The notes: generated from the sequence alone by a model not told the origin. 64,000 nt of DNA from Spirochaetales bacterium (GCA_016930675.1 JAFGGG010000043.1:8748-72747); one strand, 5' to 3'; positions 28,810 through 39,088 are shown, numbered from the stretch's first letter. Numbers and translations: made by a program.

Positions 28810-30729
28810 ATGGGCTTAACGCTTACGGAAAAAATTCTTAAGGCTCACCTGGTCTCAGGATCGGTTAAACCCGGAGACGAGCTGTCCGTTAAAATCGACC
28901 AGACACTGACCCAGGACGCGACCGGCACCATGGTCTACCTGCAGTTCGAAGCCATGGGCCTAAAGCGGGTTCGGACCGAACTCTCCGTGTCTTACGTGGA
29001 TCATAACACACTGCAGAACGATTTCCGCAACATGGACGACCACCGCTATCTGCAGAGTGCGGCCCGCAGGTTCGGCATCTATTTTTCACGGCCCGGCAAC
29101 GGCATCTGTCATCAGGTGCATCTGGAACGTTTCGGCAAACCGGGTAAAACCCTCCTCGGCTCGGACTCCCATACCCCGACCGGCGGCGGATTAGGCATGC
29201 TGGCCGTCGGAGCCGGAGGTTTGGACGTGGCCGCGGCTTTGGCCGGGGAGCCGTTCTCGCTTAACATGCCTCAGGTTGTTGGAGTAAAACTCACCGGAAG
29301 CCTTAAGCCCATGTGCGCGGCCAAAGATGTTATTCTTACCATTCTTCAGCAGGAAACCGTAAAGGGCGGCGTGGGCAAGGTATACGAATACTTCGGTCCG
29401 GGCGTGGCGACTCTTTCGGTTCCTGAACGCGCCACCATTACCAATATGGGCGCGGAGCTGGGCGCCACCTCATCGATTTTCCCATCGGACGAGATAACCA
29501 AAAGATTTCTTACCCTGCAAAAGCGCGAACAGGACTGGTCCGAACAGCACGCAGATAGCGATGCTCACTATGACAGAATTATCGAGCTCGACCTTGGCAA
29601 AATCGTGCCCATGGCGGCCCGGCCCCATATGCCGGACAGAGTGGTGCCGATAAGCGAGATTGAAGGGCTTATAATAGACCAGATCGCCATCGGATCCTGC
29701 ACCAACTCTTCGATTAATGATCTGGGTATAGCGGCGGACATTCTGGGGGGAAAACACATTCCCGAAACTGTTTCTTTGGGGATTTCTCCCGGCTCGCGGC
29801 AGGTGCTGCTCAGCGCCGACCGGGCCGGTATCCTCTCCAAGCTTATCACGGCGGGAGCCCGCATTCTGGAAAGCGCCTGCGGCCCCTGCATCGGCATGGG
29901 ATTCGCGCCCTGTTCGGGAGGAATCTCGGTGCGCACCTTTAACAGAAACTTCAAGGGCAGAAGCGGAACCGGGGACGCTGCTGTTTATCTGGTTTCACCG
30001 GAAACCGCCGCGGCCGCGGCTTTACACGGAAAGCTTGTCGATCCGAGAAAGCTGGCGCTTACAAAAAGGGATTATTCCGAATTTACCGAAATCGACGACT
30101 CCATGATCATAGCACCGGCTAAAGAAAACACGGCCGCAGAGATAATCCGGGGTCCGAACATTAAACCACTGCCTTTGGCGAGCCCACCCCCTGATTCAAT
30201 TCAGGCCGAGGTGTTGATCAAAACCGGAGACAATATCACCACGGATCATATCATGCCGGCGGGAGCAAAAATTCTGCCGCTGCGCTCCAATATTCCCGAA
30301 ATCGCCAAACATGTGTTCGAACAGGTGGACACGGAGTTTTACAACCGGGCGAACAAGGCAAAGGCCGGAATAGTGGTGGGCGGCGAAAATTACGGTCAGG
30401 GATCTTCCCGCGAACACGCTGCCATTGCCCCTATGTTTTTAAAGGTAAAGGCGGTTATCGCCAAGAGCTTCGCCCGCATTCACAAAGCAAACCTCATCAA
30501 CTTCGGGATCCTGCCGCTGGAGTTACAGAACACGGATGATTACGAACAGCTTGCTGTGGGCGATCAACTTACCCTCTCGGCAGTGCCTGAAAACCTAAAA
30601 AGCGGCAACCCCATTCCGGTGCGCAACAATACCAAAAACAGAGATTTTTTTGTCACCTGCGATCTTTCCCCGCGTTTTAAACAGATAATTCTGGCCGGCG
30701 GCAGACTGAACGAGATAAAAAACCGCTAG
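28810..30729 (+). CDS. acnA: Aconitate hydratase (short, Aquifex/archaeal-like type)
   Basis: QDATG, DSHT, IGSCTN, CGPCIG, NRNF.GR, TTDHI, YGQGSSREHA. Confidence 0.93.
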   Translation: MGLTLTEKILKAHLVSGSVKPGDELSVKIDQTLTQDATGTMVYLQFEAMGLKRVRTELSVSYVDHNTLQNDFRNMDDHRYLQSAARRFGIYFSRPGNGICHQVHLERFGKPGKTLLGSDSHTPTGGGLGMLAVGAGGLDVAAALAGEPFSLNMPQVVGVKLTGSLKPMCAAKDVILTILQQETVKGGVGKVYEYFGPGVATLSVPERATITNMGAELGATSSIFPSDEITKRFLTLQKREQDWSEQHADSDAHYDRIIELDLGKIVPMAARPHMPDRVVPISEIEGLIIDQIAIGSCTNSSINDLGIAADILGGKHIPETVSLGISPGSRQVLLSADRAGILSKLITAGARILESACGPCIGMGFAPCSGGISVRTFNRNFKGRSGTGDAAVYLVSPETAAAAALHGKLVDPRKLALTKRDYSEFTEIDDSMIIAPAKENTAAEIIRGPNIKPLPLASPPPDSIQAEVLIKTGDNITTDHIMPAGAKILPLRSNIPEIAKHVFEQVDTEFYNRANKAKAGIVVGGENYGQGSSREHAAIAPMFLKVKAVIAKSFARIHKANLINFGILPLELQNTDDYEQLAVGDQLTLSAVPENLKSGNPIPVRNNTKNRDFFVTCDLSPRFKQIILAGGRLNEIKNR

Positions 30730-30743
30730 CCCGCTGGTTTTCC

Positions 30744-30767
30744 TGGCGGCTTTTTCTGAAGCAAAAA
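30744..30767 (-). repeat. Dispersed hairpin repeat family A, copy 2
   Basis: TGGCGGCTTTTTCTGAAGCAAAAA between convergent genes. Confidence 0.6.
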
Positions 30768-30778
30768 GGGCTGATTTT

Positions 30779-32398
30779 CTAAATTAAAATACGCGGCATA
30801 AAAAACCAGAGAGAAAAAATAAAAAGCAGCACTCCGGAGATAAGCAGTGAATAACGACTCAATTTGTTAAAGATATCAAAAGCCACATGACGCACCATAA
30901 AAACGGCCATGGCTATCATTGCCAAAAACACAAAAATGCCAAGTCCGAAAAATGGAATAATCAGAGGGACCAGTTCCACCTTGCCTATGGCAAGCAGCAT
31001 GGTAAGGATTGCCCAGCCAAAGGGGCAGGGAGCGAGCCCCGTAAGAATGCCCACAACAATCGCGGACTTTTTATTTTTTATGATGTTGGGAGTCACCGGA
31101 TTATCTTTGTTCTTTATTTGATGAGTGCCTTTTAAAATCATAAAAACCGATATGAAAGCCAAACCGATTCCGCCCGCGATTTGCAATATATACGTAACAG
31201 CCGCTGAATCAACAATAGACGCGAAAAGTGAAAAGGCGAAAGCCAGGAACACTACATCAATTAAATGGGTAATGGTGAAGGTAATTATAAATCCCAAAGC
31301 ATGGGGAATTTTTTTATTGCCCTCGGTAAGATAGGCAATTAATATCCCTTTTCCATGCCCCGGCATGGCGGCGTGCAAAAAGCCCAAGGCAAACACCGAG
31401 ACGAGTAAAATAAGCAGACCTCCAAAAGAAAACTCTCCCGTGAAAAGGGTTTTCATATCACCTAAAATCTGCTCCAGAAAACCGGTTTCTGGTACGCGCG
31501 AATCCGTAATATTGTATTGCTTGATAAGATTGGGCAGTCCGACCTCGGAACTGCTCATAAGCACTTTTCCGCTTTCCAGTTGTTCTTTAAGCTGCGACTC
31601 GTCAATAGTGGAGGCGATCACATTTTTATCCGTATACGTTGTGCGTGTACCTGCCTGAACATCACTGCTGGCCTCATTGATCTTATCTCTTGACTGACCG
31701 TCGGAAGGACTCGGATCAAAAGGATCCCAGCCGAAGTTGAACTCTTCGGAATCGGTATACCCGTCGAAATCCGTATCCGGCGCGCCCGGATTTAATCCGT
31801 AAAGCTCCTCAAAATAATCGTTTAAACCGTCGCCGTCGGTGTCTTTTTGGTCGTCATTAAAAGCGGAAAAATCGGGATCCTCCGGATCAAACTGCCACTC
31901 CCTTATTTTACTCGTAAGCAAGACTTCTTTACTATCCTTAAATAAATTGCCGCTTTCATCCAAGAGCACAATTTTGTTGGTCTGCGTGCTAAATTGTTCG
32001 ATAAAAAGATCGACATTAAAAACAATCGGATAGTCGTCCTGGTCCAGTTCAATAAAGAAATTTATATACACACCGGAAGCGAGAATCTGAAAAACCTCCG
32101 CGTCTTCTATTGCCAACCTGGTTTTTTCTAGAAGCCCGTTCTTACCGTATACCTTAAAATGCTGATTAAAATAAGGCAGCAGGATCAGTTTAAGCTCATC
32201 GATCGAAAGCCTTTTGGGATCGACCTTGTTATCCTGAGCCAGCTTGGTTACTTCAAAAGGGTGAAGATAGCTTGTGCCGAATACTCCCTCTTCCTTAATC
32301 TGCACGGTGGTAATCGAGATATCCAATGGATGGGAAAAACCGCTTGTCCCGATAATTATTAATATAAAAATGAGAATATATATTTTTTGAGTGTGCAT
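30779..32398 (-). CDS. RcnA/NicO-like Ni/Co permease fused to a periplasmic domain and Ca-binding DxDxDG repeats
   Basis: Signal peptide then HP; DTDGDGLND and DTDFDGYTD repeats; HAAMPGHGK, THLIDV and GLAPCP motifs in 6 TM helices. Confidence 0.8.
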   Translation of the reverse strand: MHTQKIYILIFILIIIGTSGFSHPLDISITTVQIKEEGVFGTSYLHPFEVTKLAQDNKVDPKRLSIDELKLILLPYFNQHFKVYGKNGLLEKTRLAIEDAEVFQILASGVYINFFIELDQDDYPIVFNVDLFIEQFSTQTNKIVLLDESGNLFKDSKEVLLTSKIREWQFDPEDPDFSAFNDDQKDTDGDGLNDYFEELYGLNPGAPDTDFDGYTDSEEFNFGWDPFDPSPSDGQSRDKINEASSDVQAGTRTTYTDKNVIASTIDESQLKEQLESGKVLMSSSEVGLPNLIKQYNITDSRVPETGFLEQILGDMKTLFTGEFSFGGLLILLVSVFALGFLHAAMPGHGKGILIAYLTEGNKKIPHALGFIITFTITHLIDVVFLAFAFSLFASIVDSAAVTYILQIAGGIGLAFISVFMILKGTHQIKNKDNPVTPNIIKNKKSAIVVGILTGLAPCPFGWAILTMLLAIGKVELVPLIIPFFGLGIFVFLAMIAMAVFMVRHVAFDIFNKLSRYSLLISGVLLFIFSLWFFMPRILI

Positions 32399-32524
32399 TA
32401 TCTATATATCCAGTATTTGTTTCTAACTTTACTATTTATCAAGACTTTACTATATTATGCTCAAAGCATAGTAAACATGATAGGAATTATATAAACTTTT
32501 TAAATCTTAGACAAGAGTTAAGTC

Positions 32525-33307
32525 ATGGCAACTTCATCCTATTTACATATCGCGTTAAAAGCGGCCGGGGCAGCGGCGGAGATACATAAACGTTATTTTA
32601 ATAATGACGCAAAGGTCCGCGCCAAATCCTCACATTTCAATCTGCTTACCCAGGCGGATCTGGAAGCGGAACAGGCCATAGCGCGCATAATAAAAAATGA
32701 GTTCCCGGATCATAATATCATCGGCGAAGAAAACCAGTACGAGCGAACCTCCTCCCCCTATTCCTGGATCGTAGATCCTCTCGACGGCACCAACAATTTC
32801 GCGCACGGGCTGCCCATCTTTTCCGTGTCCATTGCCCTGGCCAAAGATAACGAGCCGATTATCGGCATCGTATTCGATCCCATGCGTGACGAGCTTTTCA
32901 AAGCGGTTAAAAATGAAGGCGCCTACCTGAACGATAAAAAAATAAAGGTGTCCGGCAGCGCCCTCCTTAAACAGAGCCTGCTCATAACCGGTTTCTATTA
33001 CGACAGATCCCGGGCCATGAAACGTACACTGGATGATATCTATCATTTTTTCTCTGAGGGAATCATCGGCCTAAGACGCCTAGGATCCGCCGCATTGGAT
33101 TTATGTTATGTAGCCTCTGGACGGGCGGACGGGTTTTGGGAATTTTTACTCAATCCGTGGGATTTCGCCGCCGGTTCACTTATTCTGAGGGAGGCAGGAG
33201 GCAAGATTACCGATTTTAAAGGCCGCGCCATCCGGCTTGACCCCACATCCGTTTTAGCCTCCAACGGGCACATTCACGATCAGATGCTTGAGGTTTTACA
33301 TAGATAA
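32525..33307 (+). CDS. suhB: Inositol monophosphatase family protein
   Basis: WIVDPLDGTNNF, RRLGSAALDL, PWDFAAG. Confidence 0.88.
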   Translation: MATSSYLHIALKAAGAAAEIHKRYFNNDAKVRAKSSHFNLLTQADLEAEQAIARIIKNEFPDHNIIGEENQYERTSSPYSWIVDPLDGTNNFAHGLPIFSVSIALAKDNEPIIGIVFDPMRDELFKAVKNEGAYLNDKKIKVSGSALLKQSLLITGFYYDRSRAMKRTLDDIYHFFSEGIIGLRRLGSAALDLCYVASGRADGFWEFLLNPWDFAAGSLILREAGGKITDFKGRAIRLDPTSVLASNGHIHDQMLEVLHR

Positions 33308-33321
33308 TAATTTTTAACTAC

Positions 33322-33351
33322 TTGACAGTTTGAGAGTAAATTCTCTAGAAT
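33322..33351 (+). promoter_or_regulatory. sigma70-type promoter of ileS
   Basis: TTGACA-N18-TAGAAT. Confidence 0.55.
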
Positions 33352-33360
33352 AGCACATTC

Positions 33361-33417
33361 AAAAAGCCACATACTCCCCGAGAACGGTGGTATGTGGCGG
33401 CTTTTTTTAAAAGCAAA
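33361..33417 (-). repeat. Dispersed hairpin repeat family A, copy 3 (in the ileS leader)
   Basis: AAAAAGCCACATAC...GTATGTGGCGGCTTTTTTTAAAAGCAAA. Confidence 0.6.
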
Positions 33418-33461
33418 TGATCCGGCCGTAGAAACCGTACCATAGAAATGAGGAGGATATT

Positions 33462-36400
33462 TTGTATAAACCGGTTGATCCGAAAGTTGATTTTGCTCGC
33501 ATGGAAGAGGACATCCTCACATTCTGGGCCCAACATGATACCTTTAAAAAATCGATTGCTCAACACGAGGGCAAAGAGGAATACGTTTTTTACGACGGAC
33601 CTCCTTTTGCCACCGGCTTGCCTCACTACGGTCATTTTGTGGCAAGCACCATAAAGGATATTATTCCCCGCTATCAGACTATGAAGGGTATTAAAGTGGA
33701 CCGTCGTTTTGGTTGGGACTGTCACGGTCTGCCCGTGGAATACGAAATGGAGAAAGAGCTTGCGATCTCAGGCAAACGTGAAATCGAAAAATACGGGATC
33801 GCTAAATTCAATGAGGCCTGCCGCTCCATAGTGCTGCGTTACACCAAAGAATGGCGTACGGTCATAACCCGCATCGGCCGCTGGGTGGATTTTGATAATG
33901 ATTATAAAACCATGGACCCCGACTATATGGAATCAATCTGGTGGGTGGTAAAAGAGTTGTGGAAGAGGGAGCTGCTTTACGAAGGTTATTATATCCTGCC
34001 CTACTGTCCGCGCTGCTCCACGGCTCTCTCCAATTTCGAACTCAATTTAGGCGGTTATAACGATGTGCAGGATCCGGCCATTACCGTACGTTTTCAATTG
34101 AAAGATCAACCCGATACCTTCATCATCGCCTGGACCACGACTCCGTGGACGCTTCCCTCCAATTTGGCTTTGGCCGTTGGAGAGAAGATCGATTACGTAA
34201 AGGTCAAGGACAAGGATGTTTTTTATATCCTGGCCAAAGACCGGCTGTCCGCTTATTATAAAGATCCCGGTGAATACACTATTGTGGAAGAGTTTAAGGG
34301 TGAACAACTGGCCGGACGCTCTTATGCGCCCTTGTTTCCCTATTTTAAGGAACTGGCTGAAAAGAACGCGTTTACCGTGTTTTTGGGGGATTTTGTGAGC
34401 ACGGAAGACGGAACCGGAGTGGTCCATATCGCGCCGGGTTTCGGTGAAGACGACTACAACACGCTTAAAAATACGGACATTCCCACGGTTTGCCCCGTGG
34501 ACGCGGAAGGAAATTTCACGGAGGACGTCAGCGACTACGCAGGTCTTTTTGTAAAGCACGCGGATAAGAGGATCATTAAAGACTTAAAGGAACGGCAAAA
34601 AATCGTAAAGCACGAAACCTACAACCACAGCTACCCGCACTGCTGGCGCTGCAAATCTCCGCTCATTTACAGGGCCATCTCTTCCTGGTTCGTCAACATC
34701 CAAAAGATAAAACAGAATCTCCTAAAAGCCAACGAGCAGATCTATTGGATGCCGGATCATCTTAAACTCGGCCGGTTCGGCAAGTGGCTGGAAGGCGCCC
34801 GCGACTGGGCCATTTCCAGAAACCGCTATTGGGGCAATCCCCTGCCTATCTGGAAGTGCGATTCGTGTCAGGAAAAAACCTGTCTGGGCTCCCGCGCCGA
34901 ACTGGAACAAAAGTCCGGTAAAAAAGTGGAAGACCTGCATAAGCACTATATTGATGAGATTACCTTTGCCTGTAATTGCGGAGGAACCATGCGCAGAATC
35001 CCCGAAGTCCTGGACTGCTGGTTCGAATCAGGAGCCATGCCCTATGCCCAGAACCACTACCCTTTTGAGCATAAAAAACATTTCGAAGAGCATTTCCCCG
35101 CTGATTTTATAGCCGAAGGGCTGGATCAGACACGGGGCTGGTTCTATACATTGACCGTACTGTCCGCCGCGCTGTTCGACAGGCCCGCCTTCGCCAATGT
35201 TATCGTAAACGGTCTGGTGCTGGCAGCGGACGGCAAAAAAATGTCCAAGTCGGAACGTAATTTCACGGATCCCATGAAAGTAATCCACGATTTCGGAGCC
35301 GACGCCTTGCGGCTTTATCTTATGCACTCCGCGGTGGTCAAGGCCGAAGATCTGCGTTTTTCCGATGACGGGGTAAAAGAAGTACTTAAAAACATCATTA
35401 TTCCGCTGTGGAACAGTTACAGTTTTTTTGTCACCTATGCCAATATCGATAACATGCAGCCGCAGGCCGCGCCGGTAAATCCTCCCAATCCGCTTGACAA
35501 CTGGATCCTTTCCGAAGCTGAAAGATTGGTAGCCGAGGTGACTTTGCAGTTCGATCAATACGATCTGCAAAAGGCCATAGATCCGATCGTTGATTTTATC
35601 GATCTGTTGAACAACTGGTATATCCGACGCTCCCGCAGAAGGTTCTGGCGCTCTGAAAACGATCTTGATAAAAAGCAGGCTTACGAGACACTCTACGCCG
35701 TGCTTATGAAACTCATTCTCGTGGCGGCGCCTATCATCCCCTTTATTACCGAGGAGATTTATAAAAACCTTAAAACCGGACACATGCCGGAATCGGTTCA
35801 TCTGTGCGCCTACCCGGCAGCAAACAGCGCCCTGCGTAATCCGGAACTTGACCATAAAATGGCGCTTACCCGTCAGGCAGTGACAATGGGCCGGGCCATC
35901 CGCTCGCTTCACAACCTTAAAACCAGACAGCCGTTAAAAGCGCTGCATCTGGTTACCAAAGATAAAAAAGAAAAGGCCATCCTTTCCGAAATGCAGGAGA
36001 TCATTAAAGAGGAGCTCAATGTTAAAGAAGTGATTTTCAGGGAGAACGAAGAAGAGCTCGTTGAATTCAAAGCCAAGCCGAATTACCGCGTACTGGGCAA
36101 AACATTGGGTAAAGACATGAAAAACGCAGCGGACCGCATCGCCCGGCTATCCACCAAGGAGATACAGGCACTACAGGCGGGCGAAACGCTTTCCCTCAAC
36201 CTGGGATCACAAAGCGTAACCTTAGGCCTGGACGAAATAATCGTACAGCGTGAGGAAAAACAAAACCTGAAGGTGTTGAATCAGGACAGTCTTACGGTTG
36301 CCCTGGATCCCGAATTGACCACGGAACTTTTAGAAGAGGGGATAGTAAGAGATATGGTAAGGGGAGTGCAAAACTTACGGAAAGAAATGGGCTTCAATGT

Positions 36401-36587
36401 TACCGACAGAATCACATTGAAACTCTACGGTGCGGACAGTATTTTAAAAGCTGTAGAACACTTTCAAGAACACCTGACTTCCGAAACCCTGGCACTATCC
36501 TGGGATTGGGAAAAACCGGCCGAAACACATGAAATTGAATGCGGTGCTGAAAAGTGCTATATTGCAATTGAGAAGGCCAAAGAATGA
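33462..36587 (+). CDS. ileS: Isoleucine--tRNA ligase, type 2
   Basis: DGPPFATGLPHYGH, WTTTPWT, KMSKS; type 2 C-terminus; TTG start after GGAGG. Confidence 0.97.
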   Translation: MYKPVDPKVDFARMEEDILTFWAQHDTFKKSIAQHEGKEEYVFYDGPPFATGLPHYGHFVASTIKDIIPRYQTMKGIKVDRRFGWDCHGLPVEYEMEKELAISGKREIEKYGIAKFNEACRSIVLRYTKEWRTVITRIGRWVDFDNDYKTMDPDYMESIWWVVKELWKRELLYEGYYILPYCPRCSTALSNFELNLGGYNDVQDPAITVRFQLKDQPDTFIIAWTTTPWTLPSNLALAVGEKIDYVKVKDKDVFYILAKDRLSAYYKDPGEYTIVEEFKGEQLAGRSYAPLFPYFKELAEKNAFTVFLGDFVSTEDGTGVVHIAPGFGEDDYNTLKNTDIPTVCPVDAEGNFTEDVSDYAGLFVKHADKRIIKDLKERQKIVKHETYNHSYPHCWRCKSPLIYRAISSWFVNIQKIKQNLLKANEQIYWMPDHLKLGRFGKWLEGARDWAISRNRYWGNPLPIWKCDSCQEKTCLGSRAELEQKSGKKVEDLHKHYIDEITFACNCGGTMRRIPEVLDCWFESGAMPYAQNHYPFEHKKHFEEHFPADFIAEGLDQTRGWFYTLTVLSAALFDRPAFANVIVNGLVLAADGKKMSKSERNFTDPMKVIHDFGADALRLYLMHSAVVKAEDLRFSDDGVKEVLKNIIIPLWNSYSFFVTYANIDNMQPQAAPVNPPNPLDNWILSEAERLVAEVTLQFDQYDLQKAIDPIVDFIDLLNNWYIRRSRRRFWRSENDLDKKQAYETLYAVLMKLILVAAPIIPFITEEIYKNLKTGHMPESVHLCAYPAANSALRNPELDHKMALTRQAVTMGRAIRSLHNLKTRQPLKALHLVTKDKKEKAILSEMQEIIKEELNVKEVIFRENEEELVEFKAKPNYRVLGKTLGKDMKNAADRIARLSTKEIQALQAGETLSLNLGSQSVTLGLDEIIVQREEKQNLKVLNQDSLTVALDPELTTELLEEGIVRDMVRGVQNLRKEMGFNVTDRITLKLYGADSILKAVEHFQEHLTSETLALSWDWEKPAETHEIECGAEKCYIAIEKAKE

Positions 36588-36594
36588 TCGCACT

Positions 36595-37488
36595 ATGAAA
36601 ATACCAACCCTCTCTATCAGTTTAAGCTTATTATTCGTCGTATTGCTTACCGGCTGCCCCACGATACCAGTGGATAAAACCTCAGGTGATTGGCTCGGTA
36701 TTCTACCGCGCGGAAACAGCTTTTATATGTACCTTAACCATAAAACCACAAATCCCTTGATAAAAGCAATCTTGAAAAAAGCCGGGCAAGCCTCTTCCGA
36801 TATAGAAGCAATACTGGATCGGACCGAGAAATCTTATATGAGCGTGCTTTTAAAACCAAAAGCCGATCCGGAGATCTCGCTGGTCTTGCTGGGGGGTTAT
36901 CCCAAAGGATACATCCACGGCGCCTTGAAAAAGAATAAAGAATGGCAGCAGATTGAGGGCTCATACACCTACTTCAAAAATATAAACACGCCGCTGCAGA
37001 TCGCCATACCGAAAGCATATATGCTGCTGGTTTCAAATAATAACATCGGCACTATGCTCACTCACTATGAGGGAGCAAGAATCTTTCCTTTGGCCGAAGA
37101 CATAGATTTGGATATCGATACCAGCGACCTCCTGCTTTTTTTCCCTTTGGGATTGGAAAACGACATGGCCGATAAGCTTAAAATCGACTGGCGCAAGATC
37201 AGCATTCAGGAAATATGGATCACAGGCCACAGTAAAGACACTGGGTTTGTATTCTCCGCTGTCTTTCTTATTGCCAATGACACGGGTGCCCGTTTATTTT
37301 CCACGATTTTTAAATTGACACTTATAAGCCTGCTGCGTGAAATCGATGTGGCAAGCGCGGGCGAGCGTTTGAAAAACGTGCAGGTTCTTATCGAAGGTAC
37401 CAAGGTGAAAATTACAAATTTTTACCTGAGCGAAGAAGAATTAACCGGTGTGGTGGCGGGTATTTTACAAAAAAAAGGCCAAGACTGA
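36595..37488 (+). CDS. TP0453-like spirochaetal lipoprotein
   Basis: Lipobox LTGC; DWLGIL..Y.Y, DIEAILDRT, GGYP..W motifs resemble T. pallidum TP0453 as I recall it; follows ileS. Confidence 0.7.
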   Translation: MKIPTLSISLSLLFVVLLTGCPTIPVDKTSGDWLGILPRGNSFYMYLNHKTTNPLIKAILKKAGQASSDIEAILDRTEKSYMSVLLKPKADPEISLVLLGGYPKGYIHGALKKNKEWQQIEGSYTYFKNINTPLQIAIPKAYMLLVSNNNIGTMLTHYEGARIFPLAEDIDLDIDTSDLLLFFPLGLENDMADKLKIDWRKISIQEIWITGHSKDTGFVFSAVFLIANDTGARLFSTIFKLTLISLLREIDVASAGERLKNVQVLIEGTKVKITNFYLSEEELTGVVAGILQKKGQD

Positions 37489-38102
37489 TGAGTATCGCGG
37501 TAGTCGATTATAATGCCGGAAACTTACGGAGTGTTGAAACAGCCTTAAAACACCTCCGCGCCGAGTTCTTCATCACAAGTGATCCTGATAAAATACTTAA
37601 GGCCGATAAGCTTATCTTCCCCGGCGTGGGGGAAGCGCGAGCCGCCATGAAAGTATTGCATGAAACAAATTTAGACCAGGCCATAACCGATTATTATAAA
37701 AGCGGCAGACCCTTCTTGGGCATATGTCTGGGCAGTCAAATTATATTGGACAGCTCTGAAGAAAGCCGAACGGCATGTTTGGGTCTGATTCCCGGTGTTG
37801 CCCGGCGTTTTCCCCGGCAGGCAGGTTATAAAGTACCCCATATGGGCTGGAATCAGGTGTTACATAACGGCAGTCATTATTTATTTAAAGGAATACCGGA
37901 CGCCGCATCATTTTATTTTGTGCACTCATATTATCCGGATCCGTATGAGCAGAAAGCACGGATTACGGATACGGAGTATATGATTAAATTTTGTTCGACG
38001 TTAAGCGTTAATAATCTTACCGCGGTCCAGTTTCACCCTGAAAAATCAGGTAAATACGGACTAAAACTCTTGCAAAATTTTTTGGCCGCTCGCGGTATTT
38101 AA
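37488..38102 (+). CDS. hisH: Imidazole glycerol phosphate synthase glutaminase subunit
   Basis: DYNAGNL.SV, PGVG, GICLG, PHMGWN, YFVHSY, QFHPEKS. Confidence 0.96.
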   Translation: MSIAVVDYNAGNLRSVETALKHLRAEFFITSDPDKILKADKLIFPGVGEARAAMKVLHETNLDQAITDYYKSGRPFLGICLGSQIILDSSEESRTACLGLIPGVARRFPRQAGYKVPHMGWNQVLHNGSHYLFKGIPDAASFYFVHSYYPDPYEQKARITDTEYMIKFCSTLSVNNLTAVQFHPEKSGKYGLKLLQNFLAARGI

Positions 38103-38120
38103 TTCTACAGGACCATACAG

Positions 38121-38891
38121 ATGTTAGAGAAACGAATTATAATTTGCCTGGATGTACGAAACGGACGCACTACCAAAGGAATAAAATTTAAGGAAAATAT
38201 TGACATTGGTGATCCTGTGGAAATGGCCCGCTTCTATTATGAACAAGGTGTTGACGAGCTTGTGTTCTACGACATTACAGCCTCTGCGGAAAAACGCAAA
38301 ATTATGATTGATGTGGTTGCCCGGGTTGCGGAAAATATCTTCATCCCGTTCTCCGTGGGAGGCGGCATCGGATCAATTTCCGAAATGCGGAAGGTTCTGC
38401 TGGCAGGAGCGGAAAAAGTGAGTGTTAATTCACAGGCCGTGCGCAATCCGTCTCTTATTGAAGAGGGAGCTTCGCTTTTCGGGCAGCAGTGCATCGTACT
38501 GGGTATGGATGTACTACAGGACGACTCAATGCCGTCAAACTACCGGGTTGTAATCGACGGCGGGAGAATCCCAACCGAATTGGACGCCCTGGCTTGGGCA
38601 AAACAGGCTGAAAACCTGGGCGCAGGAGAAATCGTCCTCAATTCCATAGACGCGGACGGCACACAGGAAGGTTACGAGCTTACTGTTACCAGGCTTCTTA
38701 CGGAGCAGGTGGGGATTCCGGTCGTGGCTTCCGGGGGAGCGGGAAAAATCGAACACATCCTCGATGTATTTACAAAAGCACATGCCGATGCGGCGCTTAT
38801 CGCATCCATGGTGCATTTTGGCACATTTACGCTTGCGCAAATTAAATCATTTCTGCATAAAAATCAGATACCGGTGCGCTTGGATTTCTAA
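38121..38891 (+). CDS. hisF: Imidazole glycerol phosphate synthase cyclase subunit
   Basis: [37 protein letters not shown]. Confidence 0.96.
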   Translation: MLEKRIIICLDVRNGRTTKGIKFKENIDIGDPVEMARFYYEQGVDELVFYDITASAEKRKIMIDVVARVAENIFIPFSVGGGIGSISEMRKVLLAGAEKVSVNSQAVRNPSLIEEGASLFGQQCIVLGMDVLQDDSMPSNYRVVIDGGRIPTELDALAWAKQAENLGAGEIVLNSIDADGTQEGYELTVTRLLTEQVGIPVVASGGAGKIEHILDVFTKAHADAALIASMVHFGTFTLAQIKSFLHKNQIPVRLDF

Positions 38892-38932
38892 AATCTCTCA
38901 CGGGGCACACAGAGATATCTATTCTATAAATT

Positions 38933-39053
38933 GAGCTTCTTGCAAAAATGTTATTTTTGCAAGAAGCTCCTAAAATGGAAATTGCTAAATTAATATGGTA
39001 TAAAGAATTAGTATTTTACTAACTTAATACCTTTTGAGTTTTGCAATTTCCTC
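38933..39053. mobile_element. 121-bp MITE copy 2 (4-bp TSD AATT)
   Basis: Matches 9322-9442; flanked by AATT at 38929-38932 and 39054-39057; perfect 17-bp-arm hairpin at 38933-38969. Confidence 0.85.
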
Positions 39054-39088
39054 AATTGATAATGCTTTTCGTCTGTCACTAGATTTGG

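Noticed and set aside
32525-33307. Histidinol phosphatase HisN, given the nearby hisHF
   Set aside because: DGTNNF and GSAALDL motifs fit SuhB/IMPase better, and a promoter separates it from the ileS-his unit.
33352-33461. T-box riboswitch upstream of ileS (GGTGGTA present)
   Set aside because: No ACC/GCG continuation of the T-box motif and no room for stem I; the hairpin matches a dispersed repeat.
35028-35912. Long antisense ORFs (e.g. 294 aa opposite ileS, 231 aa opposite the MCP, several opposite the activase)
   Set aside because: Shadow frames of well-supported genes, with no motifs or RBS.
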